Source: an uncultured SAR86 cluster bacterium
GTDB taxonomy: Bacteria; Pseudomonadota; Gammaproteobacteria; Magnimaribacterales; D2472
Length of the DNA: 61,611 bases
Assembly (NCBI GenBank): GCA_902513515.1
Contig: CABXNE010000004.1
Span: 1 to 61,611 of the forward strand
Direction of reading: 5' to 3'
In this document: positions 43,236 to 53,028 of the stretch, in pieces
How positions within the stretch are numbered: position 1 is the stretch's first letter
Layout: every line of letters starts with the position of its first letter
The notes under the pieces: model-generated
Told to the model about the DNA's origin: nothing
Seen by the model: the letters and a program-made list of their open reading frames with translations, nothing else
Databases searched by the model: none
Position numbers and translations under genes: made by a program

Positions 43236-44368
43236 GGAAGTTGGGCGATACAAATGTCTGCAATAAGACAGTCGCTCTAAGAGTTGATTTAAATGTTCCT
43301 GTAAAAGATGGTAAAGTTCTGGACGATTCAAGAATTATTGCAATCATCCCAACCCTTGAATATCTTAAAAAACAAAAATCAAAAACAGTTTTAATTTCAC
43401 ATTTTGGCAGACCTGAGCCAGGAATTATTGATGAAAAATTTTCATTACTTCCTGTGGCTAAAAGACTCGAAAAAATTTTTAATACAAAGGTCCCATTATT
43501 TCAATCATTGAATGAAGTTAATTTTGATAGCGATATCTCTTTAATCGAAAATATTCGATTCTTGCCAGGTGAGGTTAATAATGACCCAGATCTTTCTGGC
43601 CAACTCTCTAATTTAGCTGATGTATTTGTTTTTGATGCTTTTGGAACATCCCATCGTTCTCATGCTTCAACTTTTGGTGCAATCAAATCATCTCAAGTAT
43701 CTTGTGCCGGACTTTTATTAGAAGAGGAGGCTGATGCATTATCAAAAGCAATGCATTCTGAAGAAACTCCAACTTTATCTATTGTAGGGGGTTCAAAAGT
43801 GTCTTCAAAATTAGAAGTTATTAAAAGTCTTTTACATGTCTCAAACGAAGTGTTGACTGGAGGCGGCATTACAAATACTTTTTTAAAAGCGAGTGGAAAT
43901 AATATAGGGACCTCGCTTTGTGAGGATTCCATGATTGAGCATGCCAAAGAGCTACTTGCTACCTCTAAAATATTATTGCCGGAAGAAGTTGTGGTGAGCA
44001 AAAGCATTGAATCAATTGAGTCAAGGGTGTGTGGAATCGATGGTGTCGAAGATGATGAGATGATACTTGATCAAATTCTAAGCCCAAAAGCCTCTGAAAA
44101 GATTTCTAATGCAGAGAAAATTATTTGGAATGGACCTGTTGGTGTATTTGAAAAAGAACCTTTCTCAAAAGGCACCCAAGAACTTGCTGAGTCAATTGCG
44201 TCCTCAAATGCTTATAGTTTGGCTGGAGGAGGGGAAACTCTTTTGGCCATTAAAATGTTTATAGATAAGAGCCATATCTCATATTGCTCAACTGGTGGCG
44301 GTGCTTTTCTTGAATTTATGGAGGGAAAAGCGCTACCATCATTGTCTGCTTTAGGCTTTAAATTTTGA
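43232..44368 (+). CDS. pgk: Phosphoglycerate kinase
   Basis: RVDLNVP, SHFGRP, ENIRF, DAFGTSHR.HAS, WNGPVGVFE, STGGGAFLEF.EGK. Confidence 0.98.
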   Translation: MRKLGDTNVCNKTVALRVDLNVPVKDGKVLDDSRIIAIIPTLEYLKKQKSKTVLISHFGRPEPGIIDEKFSLLPVAKRLEKIFNTKVPLFQSLNEVNFDSDISLIENIRFLPGEVNNDPDLSGQLSNLADVFVFDAFGTSHRSHASTFGAIKSSQVSCAGLLLEEEADALSKAMHSEETPTLSIVGGSKVSSKLEVIKSLLHVSNEVLTGGGITNTFLKASGNNIGTSLCEDSMIEHAKELLATSKILLPEEVVVSKSIESIESRVCGIDGVEDDEMILDQILSPKASEKISNAEKIIWNGPVGVFEKEPFSKGTQELAESIASSNAYSLAGGGETLLAIKMFIDKSHISYCSTGGGAFLEFMEGKALPSLSALGFKF

Positions 44369-44381
44369 AAAGGAGAAAAAC

Positions 44382-45395
44382 ATGTCATTAAATACACTAG
44401 AAGAAATAGCCAATTATATTGTGTCAGATGGAAAAGGAATTCTTGCCGCTGATGAAAGCAACCCAACTTGTGGCAAGCGTTTTGATTCTATTGGTGTTGA
44501 ATCTACAGAAACTAACAGACGTGATTACAGAGAGATGCTATTCAGAGCTAGTGGGATGCAAGGCAACATAGGCGGCGTTATTTTATTTGATGAAACAATT
44601 AGACAGAGTGCTGAAGATGGCACGCTATTGGTTGAATTAATTAAAAATCAAGGAGCTTTGCCTGGCATTAAAGTTGATAAGGGCCTAGCCCCATTAGAAT
44701 CTTCTCCAGAGGAAACGGTTACTCAAGGTCTGGATGGGCTTGATGAGAGATGTAAAGAATATCTTTCACTCGGAGCAAAATTCACTAAGTGGAGAGCAGT
44801 TATCAAAATATCTGAGAGTTTGCCAACAGATGAGTGCATTGAAGCAAATATGAAGGCATTAGCCAAATACGCGAAGATTGTTCAAAACAATAATATGGTT
44901 CCTATGGTAGAGCCAGAAGTTTTAATGGATGGAACTCATACAATTGATCAATGCTATGAGGTAACTAGCAAATCTTTAAAATCACTTTTTGAATGTTTAA
45001 AGGATGAAGGAGTTAATATTGCTGGTACTATCCTAAAACCAAATATGGTGACCTCTGGATCAACTGCAGAGAGCCAAGCATCAGTTCAAGAAGTGGCTGA
45101 GATGACTGTTAAATGTCTTAATGAGAATGTTCCCTCATATCTTCCAGGTGTAACTTTTCTTTCAGGTGGTCAATCTGATGTTGATGCTACTGCTCATTTA
45201 GATGCGATGAATAAGATCGGTGGGTTTCCGTGGAAGTTAAGCTTCTCCTATGGAAGAGCTTTACAGCAACCATCTTTAAAAGCTTGGCTTGGCAAGGAAG
45301 AAAATATTTCTCTGGCTCAAAATGCTCTTTCTCATAGGGCGTTAATGAACAAGCTTGCCGCAAATGGTGCTTGGAATTTAGGCCTAGAAAACTAA
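44382..45395 (+). CDS. fda: Fructose-bisphosphate aldolase, class I (Schiff-base, eukaryote-like)
   Basis: GKGILAADES, GIKVDKG, KWRAV, VPMVEPEV, GTILKPNMV, FLSGGQS, FSYGRALQ. Confidence 0.97.
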   Translation: MSLNTLEEIANYIVSDGKGILAADESNPTCGKRFDSIGVESTETNRRDYREMLFRASGMQGNIGGVILFDETIRQSAEDGTLLVELIKNQGALPGIKVDKGLAPLESSPEETVTQGLDGLDERCKEYLSLGAKFTKWRAVIKISESLPTDECIEANMKALAKYAKIVQNNNMVPMVEPEVLMDGTHTIDQCYEVTSKSLKSLFECLKDEGVNIAGTILKPNMVTSGSTAESQASVQEVAEMTVKCLNENVPSYLPGVTFLSGGQSDVDATAHLDAMNKIGGFPWKLSFSYGRALQQPSLKAWLGKEENISLAQNALSHRALMNKLAANGAWNLGLEN

Positions 45396-45406
45396 GCCTC
45401 ATTCTT

Positions 45407-45844
45407 TTGCAAGCTTTAGCTCAGCGAGTATCATCTGCAAAGATATATATTGACTCTAAGACCTATTCTTCAATTAATAAGGGAATCTTGGCCTACGTCT
45501 GCTTTGAAAAAGATGATAGCGAAGAGGCTATCGAAAAATTTATATCTAAAATTATCAATTTTTCTTTTTTTCAAGTAGATAGCAGCATGATGGCTGCAAG
45601 TTTAAGGGAGATAAACGGAGAATTGATGATTGTTAGTCAATTTACTTTGTCTGCTGTAACGGATAAAGGCAACAAACCTAGCTTTCATAGAGCAGCAAGC
45701 ACTAAAAAAGCTAATTATCTTTATGACTTATTGATAGAAAGGCTTAATGAATGCCCTATACATTGTCAGTCAGGGGTGTTTGGATCTGATATGGATATTC
45801 ATTGTGTTAATGCTGGGCCTGTAACTTTTTCATTTAAGATATGA
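45407..45844 (+). CDS. dtd: D-aminoacyl-tRNA deacylase
   Basis: QRV..A, VSQFTL, KGNKPSF, G.FG.DM, N.GPVT; probable TTG start at 45407. Confidence 0.93.
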   Translation: MQALAQRVSSAKIYIDSKTYSSINKGILAYVCFEKDDSEEAIEKFISKIINFSFFQVDSSMMAASLREINGELMIVSQFTLSAVTDKGNKPSFHRAASTKKANYLYDLLIERLNECPIHCQSGVFGSDMDIHCVNAGPVTFSFKI

Positions 45845-45848
45845 GTTT

Positions 45849-47021
45849 ATGAGCAATCAATTAGACAGTTTTGCAACAGAAGTGGATACATGGATTGAAG
45901 AAAATTGTCCTAAATCAATCAGAACACCGATGCCTGTTACTGAACAAGTTTGGGCCTCTTCTGAGATTAAATTTCCCACTGCTGATTCTAAGATCTGGTT
46001 TGATGCAATGGTATCCAAGGGATGGTGTACACCAGAATGGCCGGTTGAATATGGAGGCGGAGGTTTATCTTTTGAAGAAGCAAAAATTTTACGAAGTCGC
46101 TTAAAATTTTTTGGATGCAGGCCTGCTCAGATTAATTTTGGCATTTCGATGTTAGGACCTGTGATTTTAGAGTTCGGCACTGACGATCAAAAAAAAGAAT
46201 TTTTACCAAAAATTTCAAGAGGTGAGATTTGGTGGTGTCAGGGATTCTCTGAGCCAGGGGCTGGATCAGATTTAGCTAATGTCTCGACCTCAGCAGAACT
46301 TAAGGGCAATAAGTACATAATAAACGGATCAAAAATTTGGACATCTGAAGCTAATAAAGCTGATTGGATGTATTGTTTAGTTAGAACAGCCAAAACAGAA
46401 AAGAAACAAGCTGGCATATCTTTTGTCCTATTAAATTTAAAGCAACCTAACATAGAGATTAAACCCATTAAGCTTCTGAGTGGCCAATCCCCCTTTTGCC
46501 AAGTTTTTTTTGATGATGTTATGGCCAGTGAGTCCCATAGAATTTCTAATGAAAATGATGGCTGGAAAGTGGCAAAGAGACTCCTTGAATTTGAGAGGAC
46601 CATGATGGCAGATCTTGGAAGTGAGGGAGCTGTTGATATTGAACCAATAAAAATTTATAAAAATAGCGATGCTTCAAATGCCCCCGGGCAACTTAAACTG
46701 CATAAAAAAATCATTAAACACGAAATGCGAAATCATCTAATTGATTTAACCATGGGAAGAACGGCTATTGAGTCAAAGAGCGGCTTTTCTCCTGCAGCAC
46801 TTACATTGAAATATATCAGCACAGAGGAGACTCAGGCTAGATGGGAGCTCAATGTTGCCAGTCTTGGTGCTGGAGGCCTGGAAATTGTTGGAAAAAGCCA
46901 AGGACCAAAACAAGAAATTGCTAAGTCCTTTTTCTATTCTAAGGCGTATACTATCGCTGGAGGAAGCTCAGAGGTTCAATTGAACATCATTGCAAAACAT
47001 ATTTTAGGACTCCCATCATGA
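45849..47021 (+). CDS. Acyl-CoA dehydrogenase family protein
   Basis: WP.EYGGG, WCQGFSEPGAGSDLA, INGSKIWTS, VFFDDV, TIAGGSSEVQ.NII. Confidence 0.95.
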   Translation: MSNQLDSFATEVDTWIEENCPKSIRTPMPVTEQVWASSEIKFPTADSKIWFDAMVSKGWCTPEWPVEYGGGGLSFEEAKILRSRLKFFGCRPAQINFGISMLGPVILEFGTDDQKKEFLPKISRGEIWWCQGFSEPGAGSDLANVSTSAELKGNKYIINGSKIWTSEANKADWMYCLVRTAKTEKKQAGISFVLLNLKQPNIEIKPIKLLSGQSPFCQVFFDDVMASESHRISNENDGWKVAKRLLEFERTMMADLGSEGAVDIEPIKIYKNSDASNAPGQLKLHKKIIKHEMRNHLIDLTMGRTAIESKSGFSPAALTLKYISTEETQARWELNVASLGAGGLEIVGKSQGPKQEIAKSFFYSKAYTIAGGSSEVQLNIIAKHILGLPS

Positions 47022-47620
47022 CAATTAAAAAAATATCAGTATTTTGTGGTGCCCATCTTGGGAAATCACCAGATTATAAAATTGCCGCACAGCAAATTGG
47101 AAAAATGATGGCTGAGAAAGGTCTGGAAGTGATATTTGGAGGAGGCAATGTTGGCTTAATGAAAGTTGTTGCAGATACCGCCATTGAGAATGGCGGAAAA
47201 GCTACTGGCATTACATTAAAGTCACTTCATGAATTCGAGCTTACTAACCCCAATATTAATGAAACAATTATTACGCATTCTCTTTTTGAGAGAAAGGAAA
47301 AATTTTTAGATATGAGTGATGCCTTTATTGTTTTGCCTGGAGGGGTTGGCTCCATGGATGAGCTTCTAGAGGTGATGGTAAGCAATCAACTAGGAGGCAT
47401 TAATAAGCCTTTAGGCTTATTGAATATCAACGGTTACTACGATGGTTTTCTTAGTTGGTTAGAGCATTCTGTTGACGAGGAGTTTGTTTCTCTTGAAAAT
47501 CAAAACCAAATTCTTGTTAATAATGACCCAAAAGAATTATTAGATATGATTTTATCAGCTCAAATGCCCTCTTCAGAGGCTTGGATAGAAAGGCTGAATG
47601 TAGATTTTCCAAAAGACTAG
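47018..47620 (+). CDS. LOG family nucleotide phosphoribohydrolase (TIGR00730-like)
   Basis: VFCGA, GGGNVGLM, RK, PGGVGSMDE, KP.GLLN..GYYD. Confidence 0.92.
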   Translation: MTIKKISVFCGAHLGKSPDYKIAAQQIGKMMAEKGLEVIFGGGNVGLMKVVADTAIENGGKATGITLKSLHEFELTNPNINETIITHSLFERKEKFLDMSDAFIVLPGGVGSMDELLEVMVSNQLGGINKPLGLLNINGYYDGFLSWLEHSVDEEFVSLENQNQILVNNDPKELLDMILSAQMPSSEAWIERLNVDFPKD

Positions 47621-48333
47621 CTTTTTGGGTCTCGAGATACTAAAAGACCTATCTCAAAAAGAATCCACATAGGCACAGCTAAGAATAATTGAGAGAAAAT
47701 ATCTGGTGGCGTCAAAAACATTCCAATAACAAAAAAACCAATAATTAGATATGGCCTCATGGTTTTGATACGATCTTTTGATACTAATCCAGTAGTAATA
47801 ACTAGAAATGTTGCTATAGGAATTTCAAAAGCAAAACCAAAAGCAAAGAAAAGTTTTAACACAAAATCCAAATATTTGTTTATGTCTGTCATGACTTGGA
47901 TAGAGTCTGGAGCAGATGACATAAAAAAACTAAGGATGATAGGACTTACAACGAAATAAGCAAATGCAATGCCTGCGTAGAAAAGTACTATTGAAGAGAG
48001 AATTAAAGGGCCAACAAACGCCTTTTCTTTTTTGTATAACCCAGGAGAAATAAACCCCCACAGCTCTAGAAAAAAATAAGGCACCGATATGATCAAGGCC
48101 GAATAAATTGTAACCCTCAACGGTGCGAGAAATGGAGAGGCCACTTCAGTTGCAATCATAGTAGTGTCAGAGGGCATTATCTCTATTAATGGTGCTGAGA
48201 TAAAAGAATAAATGTAGTTAGTAAATGGCAAACAGCATACTAGGATTAATCCCGCAAACAAAAACATTCTAATTATTCTTGAGCGTAATTCTTTTAAATG
48301 CCCCATGAATGTCATGTCATTTGGATCGGCCAT
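47617..48333 (-). CDS. tatC: Twin-arginine translocase TatC
   Basis: HLKELR.R, W.FISPGLY..E, FG.AFEIP, LTPPD..SQ, LFE.G. Confidence 0.97.
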   Translation of the reverse strand: MADPNDMTFMGHLKELRSRIIRMFLFAGLILVCCLPFTNYIYSFISAPLIEIMPSDTTMIATEVASPFLAPLRVTIYSALIISVPYFFLELWGFISPGLYKKEKAFVGPLILSSIVLFYAGIAFAYFVVSPIILSFFMSSAPDSIQVMTDINKYLDFVLKLFFAFGFAFEIPIATFLVITTGLVSKDRIKTMRPYLIIGFFVIGMFLTPPDIFSQLFLAVPMWILFEIGLLVSRDPKS

Positions 48334-48562
48334 CTTCTTCCTTTTTAAACTCTTCCATTTTTAGCTCATTAAAAATATCTTGCTTCAGATCTTCAGCACC
48401 AATATCCCTTTCAATGGATGATCTAAATTCAAAAAATTTGTTCTGGAATCTGGTAAAAGTTTTTATTATAGATTTTAAGAATCCTGGTAGCTGATCAGGG
48501 CCAATAACTACTATCCCAACCAGCAGGATAATTAGAATTTCAAGAAATCCAATCTGTAACAA
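48317..48562 (-). CDS. tatB: Twin-arginine translocase TatB
   Basis: IGF.E......G..V.GP..LP; between tatA and tatC. Confidence 0.92.
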   Translation of the reverse strand: MLQIGFLEILIILLVGIVVIGPDQLPGFLKSIIKTFTRFQNKFFEFRSSIERDIGAEDLKQDIFNELKMEEFKKEEDGRSK

Positions 48563-48565
48563 TTT

Positions 48566-48751
48566 TTATTGATCGTCTGATTTAGACTCAGAATCTTTGA
48601 CTGAGTCTTCATCTTTTATAGCTTTTTTAAATCCCTTAAGGCCTTCTCCCAGGTCTGAGCCCATGGTTCTGATTTTTTTGCCACCAAATAAAATTAATAT
48701 CACAGCCAATATGATTAATATTTGCCAAAAACTTATTCCACCTATTCCCAT
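48566..48751 (-). CDS. tatA: Twin-arginine translocase TatA
   Basis: ISFWQILII...LIFG.KK....GSDLG...KGFKKA; SD GGAG. Confidence 0.96.
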   Translation of the reverse strand: MGIGGISFWQILIILAVILILFGGKKIRTMGSDLGEGLKGFKKAIKDEDSVKDSESKSDDQ

Positions 48752-48767
48752 AATTAACTCCTGATCC

Positions 48768-50336
48768 TCATGCCAATATTGTTCCTATAAGAATCATAAT
48801 AATACCTATAAGTGTAAGTATAGTTAGATTTTGCCATTTTCGCTGATTTTGAAGACTAGCTTTAAGACTTTTAATGAGATCCGTATTTTTTTTCCCATCA
48901 TTTGCTATAAATTTTATGTTATCAAGCAAGTTAAAAATTTCACCCGGCAAAGAAGAGGCTTTATCTAGAATTTCGTAATGATTCTTCTCTAGAAATTCTT
49001 TAAGTTTTAGGGGGCTAAATTGCTTATCAATCCATTGATCAAGGTAGGGTTCAGCAAGACCCCAGAAATCAAGATCAGCATATATCTCCCTTCCCATTCC
49101 TTCTATGTGTATAAGTGTTTTTTGTAAAAGTATCAGAGAGGGCTGAACAGATAAACCAAATTGCCTTGTTGAATCAAATAAATAAAGCAATAAATTTCCA
49201 AATTCAATCTCTGATAGCGGCTTTTCAAAAATGGGCTCGCAGGTTGCTCTTAAGGTTTGTTCCAATTCCGCTTTGTTAGTTTGACTAGATACCCATCCAG
49301 CGCTTATGAATAACTCAGATAGTTTGTAGTAATCTTGTTTTAATGTTGCTTGCAACATTCTTGCTAAATTGTACTGATCATCTCTGCTAAGAGACCCAAC
49401 TATGGCGCAATCAATTGCTATATAACTTGGCCGATTAACATTAACTTTGCTAACAAAAATATTTCCAGGATGCATATCAGCATGGAAAAAATTATCTCTA
49501 AAAACTTGATCTAAAAATATCTTTACTCCATTTTCTGCAAGAATTTTTCTATCAATGCCAAGCTCATCGATCAAATGGGTATCTGTACATGCTATGCCAT
49601 CAATTTCTTCCAGCGTTAAAACATTTACTGTGGTTTGATCCCAAAACACTTTTGGAATAAATAATAAATCTGAATCAGAAAAGTTTTTCTTAGTAACTGC
49701 AGTATTCGCTGCCTCAACCTTTAAATCCAGTTCTTTAAAAATTGTTTTTTCATAATCATTAATAATATCTTTAAGTTTCAGCCTGTTACTTTCTTTGTAG
49801 AATAAGTTGATTAAAAAGCCTCCAGCTTTCATTACTCCCACATTCCTTTTAACTTGCTTATGAATTCCAGGCCTTAAAACTTTAATTACAACTCTCTCAG
49901 ATGTGCTTTTTAGCTTTGCTCTATGAACTTGAGCCAATGATGCAGCCGCTAATGGTGTATCCTCAAAATCCTCAAAAACATCATTAATTTCAATTTTTAG
50001 ACTTTTTTCAATTATTTCTTTAGCTTGTTTGGTTGAAAATGGACTGCATTGATCAGTCAAACCTTTTAAGTGAGAGGCTATTTCAATAGAGATAGCGTCT
50101 GTTCTTGTGGATAGCAATTGGCCAAATTTTATAAACATAGGGCCCAAGCTTTCTAAAAAATTTCTAATTCTTAAGCCATGAGGAATTTTTTGATTAATTT
50201 TAAAAAAAGGATTTAATAGCCCTATCGCTTTGATTGCAGCAGAGCTGCTGTTGTCAGTGGGTATATTTACAATGCCATACCTAAATGCTTGAAACAAAAT
50301 TTTAAAGCAATCTAGAATTGAAAGAAGAATATTCAT
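48768..50336 (-). CDS. ubiB: Ubiquinone biosynthesis atypical kinase UbiB
   Basis: LGP.FIKFGQ.LSTR.D, AAASLAQVH, KVLRP, FFHADMHPGN. Confidence 0.96.
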   Translation of the reverse strand: MNILLSILDCFKILFQAFRYGIVNIPTDNSSSAAIKAIGLLNPFFKINQKIPHGLRIRNFLESLGPMFIKFGQLLSTRTDAISIEIASHLKGLTDQCSPFSTKQAKEIIEKSLKIEINDVFEDFEDTPLAAASLAQVHRAKLKSTSERVVIKVLRPGIHKQVKRNVGVMKAGGFLINLFYKESNRLKLKDIINDYEKTIFKELDLKVEAANTAVTKKNFSDSDLLFIPKVFWDQTTVNVLTLEEIDGIACTDTHLIDELGIDRKILAENGVKIFLDQVFRDNFFHADMHPGNIFVSKVNVNRPSYIAIDCAIVGSLSRDDQYNLARMLQATLKQDYYKLSELFISAGWVSSQTNKAELEQTLRATCEPIFEKPLSEIEFGNLLLYLFDSTRQFGLSVQPSLILLQKTLIHIEGMGREIYADLDFWGLAEPYLDQWIDKQFSPLKLKEFLEKNHYEILDKASSLPGEIFNLLDNIKFIANDGKKNTDLIKSLKASLQNQRKWQNLTILTLIGIIMILIGTILA

Positions 50337-50833
50337 TAATTTATTAAAACATGCTCAAGTCTATCAAGCCTTATCGAGATATCTCTAAAAGACTTAAGCA
50401 CCTTATTCGTTTCATTTTCTTCTGCTGAATATTTCTCTCTTTTTAATTCAGTAGAAATTAATTTTCTTAAAATCAATGCTGGGATATCTCCGAAATATTT
50501 GTAGATTAAAAGCTCTAAATCAATATCAATATTTGTTAAAACTCCTAATAGAATTAATGCGCTTTCTACGTCCCCTGAAATAGATTTTGTTGGAACCTGT
50601 ATATTAATTAATGCATTTAACGCTGTAAAAATATTCAGTCGCAGGGAAAAGTTTGGATTTGGATGCTCAAAGAAATTAATGCTTTCATTGCAATGATTCA
50701 AGGTAATAGAGAACCTTGAAATAGAATCTACTTCAATATTAAATTCAAGGGGATAAAGATTCTCAACTTTAATTAAAAACCCGGGAGACAAAGATTCTAT
50801 TTCTTGTAAAAATTTATTTAATGCTATGCCCAT
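50336..50833 (-). CDS. ubiJ: Probable UbiJ (SCP2-domain accessory factor), highly diverged
   Basis: Between ubiE and ubiB; ISGD.E, D.D.E......GD motif and C-terminal RLDRLE coiled coil. Confidence 0.65.
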   Translation of the reverse strand: MGIALNKFLQEIESLSPGFLIKVENLYPLEFNIEVDSISRFSITLNHCNESINFFEHPNPNFSLRLNIFTALNALINIQVPTKSISGDVESALILLGVLTNIDIDLELLIYKYFGDIPALILRKLISTELKREKYSAEENETNKVLKSFRDISIRLDRLEHVLIN

Positions 50834-50835
50834 GT

Positions 50836-51570
50836 TTATTTCGCTCGATGAATTGCAACAACACCGTTCACAAGATTGTAGAACTTACATTCATTGAAGC
50901 CTGAATCAAGAACCATACCCCTTAATGTTTCTTGATCAGGATGCATTCTTATAGACTCAGCTAGGTATTGATAGCTATCAGAATCATTGGCTAGAAGGCT
51001 GCCTAATTTAGGTATGATGTTAAATGAGTACCAATCATAAACCTTAGAAAAAAAAGAATTTGAAGGCTTAGAAAATTCTAAAATTAATAAGACCCCATCT
51101 GGTTTTAACACCCTTTTCATTTCTTTAAGCCCTTTTTGCTTATCGGTAAAATTGCGCAGCCCAAACCCAACAGTAACCAGATCAAAGGTTTTATCTTGAT
51201 AAGGAAGACTCTCCCCAGAGGCTAAAGCAAAATTGCAATTGTTAAAGAAGTTTTCGTTAATTGCACGATCTTTACCTAGAGCAAGCATTGATTCATTGAT
51301 ATCTGTTACATGGATTGATACAGATTTAAATTTTTTGTTAATTAATTTTGGAATATCAGCTGTGCCGCTTGCAATATCAAGAGCCACCGAGCCTTCACTT
51401 AAGTCAGAGAGTTCAATTAATATTTTTTTCCAAAGCCTATGCATGCCAAATGACATGGCATCATTCATTAAATCATATTCCTCAGCAACAGAATGAAAGA
51501 CCCCGCCAACATGATCAGCTTTTTTATTAACATCGACTTCTTTAAAGCCAAAATGTGTCTTCTCATTCAC
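50836..51570 (-). CDS. ubiE: Ubiquinone/menaquinone C-methyltransferase
   Basis: THFGF, VFHSVA..YDLMND.MSFG.HRLWK, LD.A.GT.D, FGLRN, LEFS, YLAESIR.HPDQ. Confidence 0.98.
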   Translation of the reverse strand: MNEKTHFGFKEVDVNKKADHVGGVFHSVAEEYDLMNDAMSFGMHRLWKKILIELSDLSEGSVALDIASGTADIPKLINKKFKSVSIHVTDINESMLALGKDRAINENFFNNCNFALASGESLPYQDKTFDLVTVGFGLRNFTDKQKGLKEMKRVLKPDGVLLILEFSKPSNSFFSKVYDWYSFNIIPKLGSLLANDSDSYQYLAESIRMHPDQETLRGMVLDSGFNECKFYNLVNGVVAIHRAK

Positions 51571-52439
51571 CTGCTGTTCTCTTGATTGCTTAAAAAGATA
51601 AAATTATTGTATCTACTTTCTTTAATATCGCCATTTTTCAATGCAGCTATAACTGTACACCCCTCATCAAGTTGATGAGAGCAATTTGGAAAAACGCACT
51701 TTAAAGAATGATTCATAATCTCTGGAAATCCCGATATGATTTCTTTTGGTTTTAAATGATCAATGTCGATGTCTCTAATTCCCGGAGAATCAATGATCTG
51801 CATTTCATCGATATTATAGAGAGTGGATACCGAGGTGGTATGAACACCTTGGTTATTAGAAAGGGCTTTCGATAATATTTTTTTACCGGTAATGGCTGAG
51901 GTTAAAGTCGATTTTCCAGAGCCAGAGTTACCAACAAATATCGTGGTCTTTTTTAAAAGATATTTTTTTAATTCATCAATATTTGTAAAATATTTTGCAG
52001 AAATTTGGAAAGTTTTTATTTCAATATCCTCATAGACTTTTTGAATTTCTTTAAATTCATCAATTTGTAATAGATCTATTTTATTAAAAATTATAAAAGG
52101 CTCTATCGAAGCATTTGCTGAGATTGTTATCCATTTATCGATAAACTCAAGATTGGTTTTGGGATTTTTAGTTACCAAAATACCAATATGTGAGATATTT
52201 GCAGCTATTGGTTTTTTTACTTTTCCCTTTGACTTATATAGAGTCGTGACTCTATCCAAAAGCTTTGTGACTAGTCCTTCAAAGCCATCATTGCTAGAAG
52301 TTATCTCTATTTCAACTAGATCGCCTACTACAAGATTAATTCTTCCTTTGATTTTACATTTAAATTCTTTGCCCCTTGATGCCACGCAACAGGAGTTTGA
52401 GTAGAACTCAACTATTTGACCAGTTTGAACTTTTATCAT
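51567..52439 (-). CDS. rsgA: Ribosome small subunit-dependent GTPase RsgA
   Basis: NKID, GNSGSGKST, HTT, DSPG, Zn site C-x4-C-x-H-x5-C; divergent from orn; start uncertain (52439 or 52457). Confidence 0.95.
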   Translation of the reverse strand: MIKVQTGQIVEFYSNSCCVASRGKEFKCKIKGRINLVVGDLVEIEITSSNDGFEGLVTKLLDRVTTLYKSKGKVKKPIAANISHIGILVTKNPKTNLEFIDKWITISANASIEPFIIFNKIDLLQIDEFKEIQKVYEDIEIKTFQISAKYFTNIDELKKYLLKKTTIFVGNSGSGKSTLTSAITGKKILSKALSNNQGVHTTSVSTLYNIDEMQIIDSPGIRDIDIDHLKPKEIISGFPEIMNHSLKCVFPNCSHQLDEGCTVIAALKNGDIKESRYNNFIFLSNQENSR

Positions 52440-52481
52440 CTTGGGCTCAAAATACACTATAGTTAAAATTTAACAAGATAT

Positions 52482-53027
52482 ATGTCTACTCAAAAATCAA
52501 ATCAAAACCTAATCTGGATTGATCTTGAGATGACTGGATTAGATCCAGACAAAGAGAGAATTATAGAAATTGCTACCATCATTACAGATAGTAATCTTAC
52601 CATTGTTGCAGAAGGTCCAAATTTGGTTATCAATCAACCCAAAGAACTTATTGAAAATATGGATGAATGGAATACTAAGCAGCATGGAAACTCAGGCCTA
52701 ATTAAATCAGTTCATGAAAGCAGTATTTCTGAACAGGCCGCAGAGATAGAAACTTTAGAGTTTATTTCAAAATATGTAGGAAACAAGAAGTCCCCAATGT
52801 GCGGAAATACGGTCTCTCATGATAGAAGGTTCTTGGCAAAATATATGCCCGGTTTAGAATCATATTTTCATTACAGGCATGTTGATGTTTCTTCAGTCAA
52901 AGAGTTAATTTCAAGGTGGATGAATGATGCTCAAACATACGAAAAAAAGGGTTCTCATAGAGCCAAAGATGATATTAAAGAATCCATAAATGAATTAAAG
53001 CTTTATAAGCAAATGCTGTTTGATTGA
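52482..53027 (+). CDS. orn: Oligoribonuclease
   Basis: WIDLEMTGLD, IIEIA, GN....DR.FL..YMP, HRA.DDI.ESI.EL. Confidence 0.98.
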   Translation: MSTQKSNQNLIWIDLEMTGLDPDKERIIEIATIITDSNLTIVAEGPNLVINQPKELIENMDEWNTKQHGNSGLIKSVHESSISEQAAEIETLEFISKYVGNKKSPMCGNTVSHDRRFLAKYMPGLESYFHYRHVDVSSVKELISRWMNDAQTYEKKGSHRAKDDIKESINELKLYKQMLFD

Positions 53028-53028
53028 G

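Noticed and set aside
47018-47620. LOG protein as a cytokinin-production or defence (SLOG) system
   Set aside because: Stand-alone canonical LOG with no effector fusion or defence neighbours; nucleotide salvage is the simpler reading.
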